Assembly (NCBI GenBank): GCA_963750165.1
Contig: CAVVPN010000011.1
Coordinates: forward strand, 1,504,001-1,568,000
Length of the DNA: 64,000 bases
Reading direction: 5' to 3'
Source of the DNA: an uncultured Gemmataceae bacterium
GTDB lineage: Bacteria; Planctomycetota; Planctomycetia; Gemmatales; Gemmataceae
Positions 32,712-43,400 of this stretch are shown in pieces. The first letter of the stretch is position 1. Every line of letters begins with the position of its first letter. A program made the position numbers and the translations under genes. Below the pieces are notes generated by a model. It was not told where the DNA came from. It searched no databases and saw only the letters and a program-made list of their open reading frames with translations.

Positions 32712-34519
32712 TCCGCCTGGAAAAACTCCGCCCCCGAATCCGCGACGGTCGGGACCACCAAGGCCCGGTCCAGGAAGTCGTTGAATTGCTCACAGGACGT
32801 TTCCGCGACCAGCAGGCAGCCGTGACAGGCCGCCCCGTGCAGGTAGCGGCTCTCGTGTGGGTTCGGCGGCTCATGCTGGGCACAGACAGGGTCGTTGGAG
32901 CACAACCGGCCCAACTCCAGCGCCGACCGCAGGTGCCGGTCGATCCTCCGTCCCTCTTCCACCAGCCCGCCCAGGGTTCCCTCGGCGTCCGGGGAGCCGG
33001 TGTAGAGCAGGATGCCGTAGCCGGCCTCCGTGGCGTACACGCGCTCCCGGATCGAACTCGCCGGGTAGCCGCACTCCAGGGCCACCGAAGTCAGCAGCAG
33101 GTGCGACAAGGAATGCAGCAGGAAGTACGGCAGTCCGGGAAACTCGCGGCGGCTGTGGGGGTGGGCCGCCTGCCACGCCTCGAAACCAGCGAGGAGTTGC
33201 TTGCCCCGCGCCTGCACCTCAACTTTTTTTACCCACCGATCAATGGCCTCCTGGCGGAACTGCAGGAAGATGCCCTCCCCGCGGTTCTCCACGGCAGGCA
33301 GCCACGACAACTCCCGCGCCAGGGGTGCCGCCTGTGCGCCGAGTTCCAACTCCCCCTGGACGTTCGCGGTATTCGCCTCGAACCGGGTGAAGCCCACCTG
33401 GGCGGTGACTTCCCGCAGCCGGTGTACCAGCACCACCCGTTCCACGATGCCCTTCCATGCTTTGTCCAACGCGGCTGGCGGCAAAGCCCGGGCAAGGAAG
33501 TCGCCGTCGGGCACGTCCTTACCCACTTCTTCCCTGGCGGCGACCAGCGCCTCAAATTCGGCCTGTTTGACCGACTTCATTGGGCTGCCACCGCCGGCAC
33601 CCTTGCGGGCCTGGATCTCCTGGAACACCTCCTCGTCGCTGAAGCCCTCCAGCGCCCCCTTGACGGGCGGCCTCTTGCGGCGCTCTGAGCGAAGGTCGTC
33701 CAGGTCCTCGACGTACTGCAGGTGATGCTGCCAGACCGCGTTGACCGCTTTCTCCAGCGACTCGTTGCGGTCCGGCAGCGAGATCACGCTCATGACTCGT
33801 GGGAAGTAGGCGTTACTGGCCGAGCGCACCAGCAGCCGGTTGGGCTCGTCGCAGCCTTCCTTCGAGTCGCGCCCCAGCCAGGGGCGGTTGCCGTCGCAGT
33901 GGCCGAGCAACCGCCGCTCCGGCAGCGTGGCGTCGGCCAACCGCCGGTGCTGCCCGCATTCGCAGCGCAGCACAATCTCGGCCAGGTCGCCGCTGGTGCC
34001 GCGCTCGTCCACCCAGAGCTGGCGCCGGCACTCGGTCACCGCGCGGTGGGTGAAGGTGTACCAGTCGATGTCGCCGATGTGCCCCTTCCGGCAGGCGCGA
34101 ACGAAGCGGATCGGCACCACCGGGTGCTTCTTCTTGTCCTGGTCGATGAACTTGCCGCGCGTCAGACCCCGCCGGTGGATCAGCAGACGCGACCGCGTGG
34201 CGCGGTCGCCGCGCTCGACATCCTGGGTGATGAACCATTCAGGGAATTGCCAGGCGGTGATGCCGGTCCTTGGCCCCGTGGGAGCTTCGCTGTCGGGGGG
34301 AGGGCCGTACAGGCGCAGGTCGGGCGCCTCCAGGAGGCGCTTGAGTTTTTCGACCAGGCGGGGTTCGTGGACCTCCTCGCCGACGCCGAACCAGTGGTCC
34401 AGGCCGCCGACGATCACGGAGTGGTTGGGCAGGTCCAGCAAGGCGCCGGGGCCGAACGTGGTGACGACCTGGCTGTGACGCACCTGCCCCTGCGGCCGGG
34501 CGTTGGGGTTCTTGCTCAT
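32708..34519 (-). CDS. drmB: DISARM DUF1998 protein DrmB
   Basis: GQVRHSQVVTTFGPGA N-terminus; GEGIF, LLHSLSHLL, DAEGTLGGL and C-terminal CSNDPVC...LHGAACHGC...ETSCE; ATGA overlap with drmA. Confidence 0.92.
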   Translation of the reverse strand: MSKNPNARPQGQVRHSQVVTTFGPGALLDLPNHSVIVGGLDHWFGVGEEVHEPRLVEKLKRLLEAPDLRLYGPPPDSEAPTGPRTGITAWQFPEWFITQDVERGDRATRSRLLIHRRGLTRGKFIDQDKKKHPVVPIRFVRACRKGHIGDIDWYTFTHRAVTECRRQLWVDERGTSGDLAEIVLRCECGQHRRLADATLPERRLLGHCDGNRPWLGRDSKEGCDEPNRLLVRSASNAYFPRVMSVISLPDRNESLEKAVNAVWQHHLQYVEDLDDLRSERRKRPPVKGALEGFSDEEVFQEIQARKGAGGGSPMKSVKQAEFEALVAAREEVGKDVPDGDFLARALPPAALDKAWKGIVERVVLVHRLREVTAQVGFTRFEANTANVQGELELGAQAAPLARELSWLPAVENRGEGIFLQFRQEAIDRWVKKVEVQARGKQLLAGFEAWQAAHPHSRREFPGLPYFLLHSLSHLLLTSVALECGYPASSIRERVYATEAGYGILLYTGSPDAEGTLGGLVEEGRRIDRHLRSALELGRLCSNDPVCAQHEPPNPHESRYLHGAACHGCLLVAETSCEQFNDFLDRALVVPTVADSGAEFFQAE

Positions 34520-37500
34520 GCGTCGTCCTCCACCACGTCGATGTTGTCCAGCGTCTTGACCCAGAGGTTGGCGCTCGGCTCCACGTCGCGCATGGAGCGG
34601 TTCGCCCGGAACTTGCGGTGCCGCATGGGCAGCGTCTTCAGCTCCGGGTTCAGGAACTCGTACAGCAAGCGCCGCGGCGAACCCTCCTCCTTCTGGTACT
34701 GGAGTTGCACCCCCAGGTCCTGGTACTCCTTGGCGATCTTGTCCCACTCGTCCAGCAAATCCCTGGACCGTTCCAGCAGCCGGTTCTTCAGTTCTTCCGC
34801 CTGCTCAGGCGTTTCGCCGAAGTCCTCGGCACGCCGGGCCAGCGCCCTGGCAACCCAGTCCAGTTTGCCCCGCTCCTTGAGAATCTCCATGGCGCCCCGG
34901 GCCGGCGTCAGTCCCGGGTGCCCCTGGCGGGCGAGTGCCACCAGGGTGCCGGCCAGGCCGCGGTCCAGCGCCCGCGGCGAAAACGGCGTCACGCTGGTCG
35001 CCTCGACGTTGCGGTAGAACGACTGGTGGTAGAAGGCGAAGCGCTCGAAGTGCGAGCGGTCGCGCGGCCGGTGGATGTTCAGGATGGTGACCACCAGGCC
35101 CGGCCGGTTCGGGTTGCGGCCGACGCGGCTGGTGGCCTGGATGTACTCGGCGCTGGTCTTGGGCTGGCCGAGCACCACCATCAGGCCCAGGCGGGTGATG
35201 TCCAGGCCGACGGAGATCATGTTCGTGGCGATGGCCACGTCCACCCGGTCCTTCTCCCAGAACGGCAGCGCCAGGCGGCGCTTGGCCTCGGCCACCCGGT
35301 CCGTGCTGACGCGCGAGGTCAACTCCAGCACCTCGTAGGCGATCTGCCGGGTGGCGAACAAGCCTTCCGCCTCCCCCTCGCGCTTGCGGCTGGCGTAGCC
35401 AGTCAGCCGCGTGCTCACCTCGTCCTCGACGATGCGGCGGCTGCCGCCCAGCTCGCGCAGGCTGTTGAAGTAGCCCAGCAGCGTCAGGTACGGGTCCGCC
35501 GGGTTGTCCTTGACCTTCTTGCCCCCGACGGCCTCGTACCACTTCTGGGCCGCGCCGAGCAGGGCCAGGTACACGCGCAGCAGGACGACCTTGGGGCTGC
35601 GGCCCTGGGCGGCGATGCCCAGGTAAAGCCTGGCGTGGCTCTCGGCGGTGGTGTGCGTGAGCGCGAAGAAGGAGTCGCGGCGGTTCGGGCCGGGGGGCGG
35701 GAAAATGTCCACGGTCCGGCGGCTGAACAGCGCCCGAATCTGCCGCTCCGCCCGCCGCACCGTCGCCGTCGAGGCCACGATCTTCGGCCGGATCTTCTTG
35801 CCGCCCTGCTCGCGCACGCACAGTTCGTCGAGGGCGGACTCGTACAGCCCGACCATCGTGCCCATCGGGCCGGAGATCAGGTGCAGTTCGTCCTGGATGA
35901 CCAGGTCGGGCGGCGGCAGCTGCTGGCCGGGCAGCGGCTGCCCGGCGTTGGGCTGGCACGGCCCGTAGAAGCCGTGCTTGTCGTAGCGGTCCACGCGGCC
36001 GAAGAAGCCGCCGACCGGGCCGGTCCACGGCAGGGCCGCGAACTTGTCCACCGTGGCGATCAGGAAGCAAGGCAGTCGCCGGTAGATCGGATCATCCACC
36101 GCCAGGATCGGCAGCGCCTGGTTGCGGGTGAAGGCGCACTTGCGGTTCACGCAGGTGATGCGCAGGTCGGTCGGGTAATCGGCGTTGGGCACCAGGTTGA
36201 ACGAGTCGGGCGTGAACTTCTCGCCGCACCAGGGGCACGCCTCCAGTGGGACCGGCGGGGCGTTGCTCTTGCCGCTCTTGTAATGGATGGTACGAGTACG
36301 GGCCGAGTGCTCGTTGCCGTCGCCCTTGTGACCCATCTCGTTCGGCGTGGCGGCGCGGCCGACCCACAGGCCGATCTCAAACGGCCAGTCCCCCAGCCGG
36401 TCGGCGTGCTGCTGCCGCTCCAGTTCCAGGGCGCAGATGAGGGTCGCGGCGCGGCCGAGCTGGTCCAGCGTCAGCAGCCGGAGTGTGTAGCGCATGAGCA
36501 CGCTCAGCCCCGCGCCGGCCACGCCGGGGTGCCGCAGGCGCCGCAGCACCAGGGTGAACGCCGCCAGGCCCAGGTACGCCTCGGTCTTGCCGCCGCCGGT
36601 CGGGAAGAACAGCAGGTCCACCACCGCCCGGTCGTCGCACGTCGGCTCGGCGACGCCCTGCAGGTTCATCAGCAGAAACGCGAGCTGGAACGGCCGCCAC
36701 CGCGGCGCCGCCACGCTTCCCGCGTCCTGGCCGCTCGCCATCCCGGCCCGCCGCCGGGCGGCGACCGCCATGACGCGGTTGGCGGTACGGAACGCCTCCA
36801 GGATCTGCGGATCCTCCAGCAGCTGGATGCCCGCCTCGATCCGGTTGGCGGCAACCTGGGCGCGGCTGAGCAACTCGGCCCCCGTCTCGGCCCGACATTT
36901 GGGGCGGGTGGGGATGACCGTTTTCTGTACCTCGATCCAGGCCCGGTACCGGGTAACCAGGGCCGACAGCTTCGCCCGCGCCGCCGCTCCGTCGGCCAGG
37001 TCCGCCAGCTGCTCCATCCCCAGTTCCGCGCCGGGAATATCCGCCGGGGCCACGCGCTCCACCTCGGCGGAGGGAATCCAGCGGGTGTGTACCTCGCGAC
37101 AATCATCCGCGCCATCGAGGACGGCCCGGGTGGCGACGCCGTGGCCCACGGCGAACTCGCAGGCGTCGCGGTACTGCAGGTCGGCGACGCGCTCGTCCCA
37201 GTCGGTGGACTCCAGGCCGCGCAGGTTGGGCCGCGGCACGAACGGCTCGGCACAGCGCACCTCCAGTGCCGCCTGGAAGGCGAAGGCGCTGTCGCGCTGC
37301 TCGTCCGGGGCGGGGACGCGCCGGTTCACCAGGAACACCGAGACGGAGCGCGTCCCCTTCGGCACCAGGCCGTCGAAGGCGGGGATGTCCTTGACCGGGC
37401 GGACCGCCAGGGCCACCTTCAGGGTTCCGCCTTTGGGACCGGCACTCCCGGGCACGTCCCACTCGGCCGGCTTCTGGGACGGGGAGAGCTTCAACGTCAC

Positions 37501-37976
37501 CTGTTCGACCCGCTCCCTGCGCTGCTACCCCTCGACTTCCCCCGGGTCAAAGAGTTGCCCTTGAATCGGTGGGGGTTGGCCGGGTCGAACAGGGTGGGCT
37601 GCGCGGTGCCTGGGTTGGGGGTGCGCGGCCGATAATCGCCCCAGCGGACGGTGACGTGCAATTCCCTGGCCCCCTTCGGCACCAGCAGGCTGAGGCCCAG
37701 CGACGACGGGAAAAAGGCACGGCGGGCCGCGGCCGGTTCAGGGGTGTTGTCGTCGTCGGTGCCCCCGCCGGTGTCCAGGGCGTCCACGCCCTCGCCGGCC
37801 GTCTCGTCGGCTTTCTGATCCTCATCGGCGTCGATGGGCACCAGGAAGCCGGTCAGGTACCAGCGGGACGGGGACTGCGGCAGTACCTCGTTGAGCAGTT
37901 CGGAACCGCGATCCGGGCCGATCAGGTCCAGGCCGAGGGTGCCGACCAGATGCGACCGGACTTCCGCCGAGGTCAT
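34516..37976 (-). CDS. drmA: DISARM SF2 helicase DrmA (interrupted near 37525-37575 by a frameshift and an in-frame TAG)
   Basis: N-terminal DLIGP...PSRWYLTGFLVP and FFPSSLGLS; helicase motifs FPTGGGKTEAY, RYTLRLLT, IQDELHL, TNMISVGLDI, QATSRVGR. Confidence 0.9.
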
Positions 37977-38011
37977 AATGGCCTTCCTCCGAATTTCCGG
38001 GGCCGGTGTTG

Positions 38012-38896
38012 TCATTCCGCGGCCTGTTTCGCGCCAAACTCCGGCCATTGTCTGTCTTCCGCGCGGCAGACGACTTCCTCTTTCGTCGGGTCAACCGGTT
38101 GCACAATCATCGTCTGCCCGAGCACCCTGCAAAAATGTTGCGATTCGGTACTGTTCAGCGTGAGAAAATGAGAAATCCCCGCGGACTCCAACGCGATCAG
38201 CAGGTCACCGACCGTCAGGCACGGGTCCTCCCTGGCTACTTTCGCAGAATTGGCCACCATCTTTGCCAGGAACTTTTCGGCCTTCCGAATCTCGGCCGAT
38301 TTCTTTTCCAGCGGAAGCGAGCGGAAATGCTGAAGGACCTTGTTTGTCAGGCCCGTGCGTTGATCGAGAAACGCACGAATGCCGCACACGCCCGGCTTGA
38401 CCTGGCTGCACCGGTCTCCCCCCAGTTCGTAGCGCCGCAAGGCGACCTTCTCAACGACGGGCTGAAGTGCGCACGCGCACTGGGAGTCGTCTCGAACCTC
38501 ATCCACCGCCTGGTCGAAACGCCGAAGCCCTGTGACCAGCAAACTCCGCAGGTAGAGCCGGAGCCGTTCCGCCCGTTCGGCGTCGCTGCCGCGATGCACC
38601 TGGAGCAAGGTTTGTAAACAGATGGTGCGCTTCCGTTGGTGCCACGGACCGAACAGGCGAATGACGTGCTGGAACACTTCCTCGAAGGAGTCGTACCGGT
38701 GCAGCAAGCCCAGGAGGTAGACCGCCTCCTTCATGAGGCGGCGCTTGAATTCCTGGCGAACAACCAGGCCGGTGACGTGCCTGGAATGTTGCGACAGGCG
38801 CTGCTTGATCGCCGCCTTCGTTTGAGGACCGTGGACTTGCCGTGCAATCTGGATCGAGGTGTCCAGGAACAGGTCCGGTTTCGGGGCGCTGGTCAT
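38012..38896 (-). CDS. Divergent PIN-domain (VapC-like) nuclease candidate
   Basis: PIN-like acidic pattern LFLDTS ... VVRQEF ... VGDLLIALE ... LTLN, with a long Cys-containing insertion between the second and third motifs. Confidence 0.6.
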   Translation of the reverse strand: MTSAPKPDLFLDTSIQIARQVHGPQTKAAIKQRLSQHSRHVTGLVVRQEFKRRLMKEAVYLLGLLHRYDSFEEVFQHVIRLFGPWHQRKRTICLQTLLQVHRGSDAERAERLRLYLRSLLVTGLRRFDQAVDEVRDDSQCACALQPVVEKVALRRYELGGDRCSQVKPGVCGIRAFLDQRTGLTNKVLQHFRSLPLEKKSAEIRKAEKFLAKMVANSAKVAREDPCLTVGDLLIALESAGISHFLTLNSTESQHFCRVLGQTMIVQPVDPTKEEVVCRAEDRQWPEFGAKQAAE

Positions 38897-38919
38897 GTAG
38901 GGCTCGATTCCACCGCGGT

Positions 38920-39543
38920 TCAATCCGACTCATCCGCCGCCGAGTCGCCGGAGATGGCGGCGAACGGGTCGAAGCCGGCGTCCTCGATCAGGCGCAAGGC
39001 TTCCGTCAGGTCGTCCACCGTCTTCGTCGCCGGCCCCAGGTAGTCCTTGACCAGGTCCACGATCTTCTTGCACTGGTCCGCGGTCAGCGTTTCCGCCCGC
39101 CTCTCCAGGAAGAAGCACCGCATCATGCCCTGCACGTGGTTGAGGATCGTCTGCCAGTCCACGTCGCGGCCTTCCCGCAACTTCCACAGTTCGGCCAAAC
39201 TCTGGTCCAGCCGGTCGGCCGCGACCCCGAGGCCCATCAGGTCGTTCGCCTTGGCCGCCCGGTGCATGGCTTCGGCGGCCTCCTGCGCCTCGTTCCAGTG
39301 CTTACGGAAGGCGCGGCGGACGTCGGTCGCGGGCAACGGCCGTTCTTGCCCCCTCTGCCCCCTTCCGGGCGGGCGCCGCTGCAAACTGGGGCCGCGCTGG
39401 ACGACGGCCCGACCGACCCAGACGCCTTCCCCGGTTGCCGTCCCATAATAGGATTCGGAAGTTGACCCGCCCGTCTTTTCAGGAAAGTCCAGCCGACGGT
39501 TCTCGTCGGCAACGGTGACAGGCCGTTCCAGGTCCAAGGGCAT
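38920..39543 (-). CDS. Hypothetical protein (disordered N-terminus + helical C-terminal domain)
   Basis: GGGAG RBS; start 3 nt after the upstream stop; amphipathic helical C-terminal 135 aa. Confidence 0.75.
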   Translation of the reverse strand: MPLDLERPVTVADENRRLDFPEKTGGSTSESYYGTATGEGVWVGRAVVQRGPSLQRRPPGRGQRGQERPLPATDVRRAFRKHWNEAQEAAEAMHRAAKANDLMGLGVAADRLDQSLAELWKLREGRDVDWQTILNHVQGMMRCFFLERRAETLTADQCKKIVDLVKDYLGPATKTVDDLTEALRLIEDAGFDPFAAISGDSAADESD

Positions 39544-39546
39544 GGC

Positions 39547-40380
39547 TCATCTCCCTTTCTTGCCGTTCCCAGGCGGGATCGCGCTGCGGAACCGTTCCAG
39601 GTTGTGGCTGGTGCAATCCCGAATGAACTCGGCCACGTCCAGCTCAACAGGATTTATCCGAAAGGCGTCAATGTCCAGTACCGTCGCGAAGGCCGAGTTG
39701 ATTTGCCGCTGGCGTTGCTTTTTGAGAGTCTGGGCGAGCGTCTCCTGCTGATGCTTCGGCAAACCGCTTGAGCGAATCGTCAGGTTGACATCCCCAAACG
39801 GCACCTGGGCGGAGCGCTCCATGCCGTTCACCGCGATCCGGTAAGAGCAATCCTCGCCTTCCATCAGTGCGGAAAAGCCGACGGCGTCGAGCGTGCAGCT
39901 GAACGCCTCGGCCAACGTCGAGGACACCGAGTGGATGCTCAGATCCTTCAGCCAGCGCTCCGCGTCGGCCTTGCTCTCACAGGGAAAATAGTAGAGTTCG
40001 CGGACGCCGATGCGGGACCACTGCTGCACTTCCAGTTCGTCGAACACCAGGCCCAGGGTGTCCTCCGCCAGTTGAGCAAAACGCTGTGCCTCGTCCGTGT
40101 CGATGAACTCATCCGTACCGGTCTTGTTGAGGTCCAGGCTGGCGCCGTGCATCGAAAAGCTGAGCGTCACGCCCGCCACCAGGTGAAAGACCGCCGTGCC
40201 CTTGGGGGTCGGGTCCGCCCCAAAAATCCACTCCGGCGACGACTGGATCAGTTTTCTGAGCAGACGCCCGCAGTGGTCGAGGTACAGGTGCCCGTCCAGG
40301 TAGCGCACCTCGCAGACCATCTGCCGCAGCAGGGCTTCCTTCCCCTTGAACAGGCGAGTTGTCGTGAACCCCTTGGCCAT
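39547..40380 (-). CDS. TIGR04255-like protein
   Basis: N-terminal L..MVCEVRY, central SRIGVR..Y and C-terminal VLDIDAF resemble the TIGR04255 pattern; 277 aa. Confidence 0.6.
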   Translation of the reverse strand: MAKGFTTTRLFKGKEALLRQMVCEVRYLDGHLYLDHCGRLLRKLIQSSPEWIFGADPTPKGTAVFHLVAGVTLSFSMHGASLDLNKTGTDEFIDTDEAQRFAQLAEDTLGLVFDELEVQQWSRIGVRELYYFPCESKADAERWLKDLSIHSVSSTLAEAFSCTLDAVGFSALMEGEDCSYRIAVNGMERSAQVPFGDVNLTIRSSGLPKHQQETLAQTLKKQRQRQINSAFATVLDIDAFRINPVELDVAEFIRDCTSHNLERFRSAIPPGNGKKGR

Positions 40381-40452
40381 GACGCGGCACCACCCCGTAT
40401 GAATCCCTGGACTGTCATTCTCCGGGACGCTATCTGTACAAACAAGCGCAAT

Positions 40453-43400
40453 TTAGTACAGCGAGGTGCCACTGCCATCATCCGCGGACGGCCGCGCCTT
40501 TCGGCCGCGTTTGGGCCTTGATGCCTTCTCCTTCACCGCGGGGCCGGCGAGCTTTTCCTGCTCGGCGCGCTGCTTGTTCAGCTCCAGCAGCAGGGCCAGC
40601 ACCTCGTCGCGGAAGGCGTCCGGCCAGCGGTAGCGCCACGGCTTCTTCCGCTGCCGGCCCGTCGGCGCCTCGTCCTCGTCCGCCTCGTCCTCGTAGTCGA
40701 GCAGAAATGCGCACGGCGGCACCGTCAGCCGCGCCAGGGCGCCGCCGTAGGCGTCGAGCACCGCCCGGTCCATCGCCGCGTGCAGCTCCCGCAGCTTGTG
40801 GATGTCGGCGGACGGCTCGTGCGGGTCGTGGAAGCGGTTGTAGGTCTTCGTCAGCCCCTCGCTGTGGCGGACCATCAGGGCGGCCCGGAAGTCGTAGTAC
40901 GCCTGCCCCGCCGCCTCCAAAGCCGGGTGCGACTCGAAGTTCTCGGGGAACGGGAATGTCTCGAAGCAGTCGGATGGGGTGTAGCGGAGGTCGTCCTTCA
41001 TTGAGGAGGCAAAGAATCGCGCCCAAATTTCATGGACGCGAGACTGGAGAGCGCAGAAGGTCGCCCGAGTGCTGATCGGGAACAGGTTGATTGTGTGAGC
41101 AGCCACGATGCCAGTCGGCAGACAAGTTATTGCGAGATGACTGCTCACGTTGGAGTTTGCAAGCACCGTCTCCTTTTCGCGAATGGCCGCGAACATTTCT
41201 GTCCGGGGCCTTTCATACTGCCACCAGGGCACGCGAACCGAAGAGTCGCGGTATGGCTTTACCTTCTGCTCCACGATCCGCATCAAATCCGGCCACTGTC
41301 GAGCCTGATCCTCGGACATCACTCCGAAATTGATGACAAATCGGTGGTGGGCGTGGGTAGGGCCATCGTTCAGTTCTTCACCACCGATGTATGGGAATAT
41401 ACGTTCGGCATTTCGCTTGTCCTTGGCAACGACTTCTTCCATAAGGCTGATCGGGTTCGCTACACCTGTCTTGTCCGTGTCGTCGAACGTAAAGCCTCCT
41501 CCGTAAATCTTTGCACCAGTAAAACTCTTGCCCGCGTTGGCCCGCAGCGTGGCCGGGTTTTCATGGCCGCCAGCGTGGAACAGGTATGCGGTGATGAGCG
41601 GCACCTCCTTGCCGTCCAGAAGGTACGGCCCCGGGATCGGCCCTTTGTGAACGTGAACCACGCTGACCACCACCGCCGCCTGGCCCGGCCACTTGTAGCG
41701 GCGGCGGGCGGTGTAGATGGTGCCGCCGTGCGTGCAAATCCAGCGCAGGCCGGTGGTGCGCGTGTCGCCCTGGGCAATGGTGTTGGTGGTGATCAGGCCG
41801 AAGGTGCCGCCGGGCCGCAGCAGGTTGAACGCGCGGCGGAAGAAGTGGGATACCAGATCGGCGTTGCCGTGCGACTCGGGATGGATTGCCTTCAACCAGT
41901 CGAGATAGCCTGCCGCGTGGCCGTCTATGATGGTGTTCTTGCCCGCGAAGGGCGGATTGCCCACGATCACGTCGAAGCCGGGGTTGTCGCGGCCGAACAC
42001 TTCGGGAAACTCGATCTCCCAGTGGAACGGCCGGATCGGGTGTTCGCCCGCGCGCAACCGGGCCTCGGCCTTGCCCAGTGGTTCGCGCAGTTTCATGTCC
42101 TTGCTGACCCAGTACGCATCCACCTGCCCAAAGAGTTCGTTGCGCTGGTCCACGCGCTGATTGGCCCTGTCCCGAGAGAAAAACGCAGCGACGACCAGAT
42201 TGCCAAGGAAACGCGGCAAACCCAGGGCTTCTTCGGCGTCATTCAATTTCTGCCGCTTGAGCAGGTCCGGCACGTCGTCGCCGGACTCGATGATCTGCCG
42301 CCGGTACTCCGTGACCTGCTTGATGCGCTGGGTGATGTCCGCCTGCACGAAGGTCTGGCGGTCGGTGGGCAGCCAGTGAAAGCCGTTGATCTGCTGGCGC
42401 GTCAGGCCGACCAGCGAGTCGCCGGCCTTGAGGGCGTGGTCGAGGAAGGTGAAGGGGTGGTCCTTCGCCAGCGTCACCAACCACAGCGACAGCTTGGCCA
42501 GGTCGGCGGCCAGCGGGTTCCTGTCCACGCCGTACAGGCAGCGCTGGGCGACGGTGCGCTGCGCCAGCAGTTCGGGCGTCTCGTCGTCGGGCACACGCGG
42601 CATGTCGCCGTGGGTGGTCCACGCCGCCAGCAGCGCCGCCCCCAGTTGGCGGCACGCCTCCACCAGGAACGCGCCCGAGCCCATCGCCGGGTCGCAGACC
42701 TTCAGCCCCAGGAGTTGTTCCGACGTGGGCGTTCCCCTCACCCCCGACCCCTCTCCCCCACCGGGGCGAGGGGAGACGAGCGCGTTCAGCACCGGCTCCA
42801 GCGCCTTGCGGACGATGGGCTCGGTGAGGCTGCGCGGTGTGTAGTGCGAACCGGAGCGGCGGCGCTCGTCGCTGGGCTGCAGGACCATCGCCCCGGCCGG
42901 CACCAGGTTCGGCGTCAGCTCCCGGGCGACCTTGCGCTCCAGGGCCGCGACCGCGTCCTCCGCCGTCGCCGCCGCCTTCAGCGCGGTCAGCGCCGCCCAG
43001 GTGACGGCCTGGTCCGTGTGCTCCTTCAGCCATTTGGCCCGGTCCTTGCCCGGCACCCGCAGCAGTTCCTCCAGGTTGACGGTCACGGGCGCGCCGTGCG
43101 CCTTGGCCGGCCGCACCGCGATGGACCGCCCGGCCGCCTGGGTCAGGCGGAAGCCCATGCTCGCCTCGTACACCGAGCCGATCTGCTCCACGTCGAGGCT
43201 GCGGTACGAAATCCGCTCGCCGTCCAGCACCATCAGGTTGTGCAGCACCCGGAAGACGACGCCGTCCGGCACCAGCGGCACGGCCACGCGCTCGCCCGGC
43301 TGGCGGCGGGCGCGGTGGCCGCGGCCTTCGAGGAACGGGTAGCGGTCGGGGTCGAACAGGTAGCCGCGGCGGGCCGGCAGGCGGAAGGCGCCGTGGCCGC

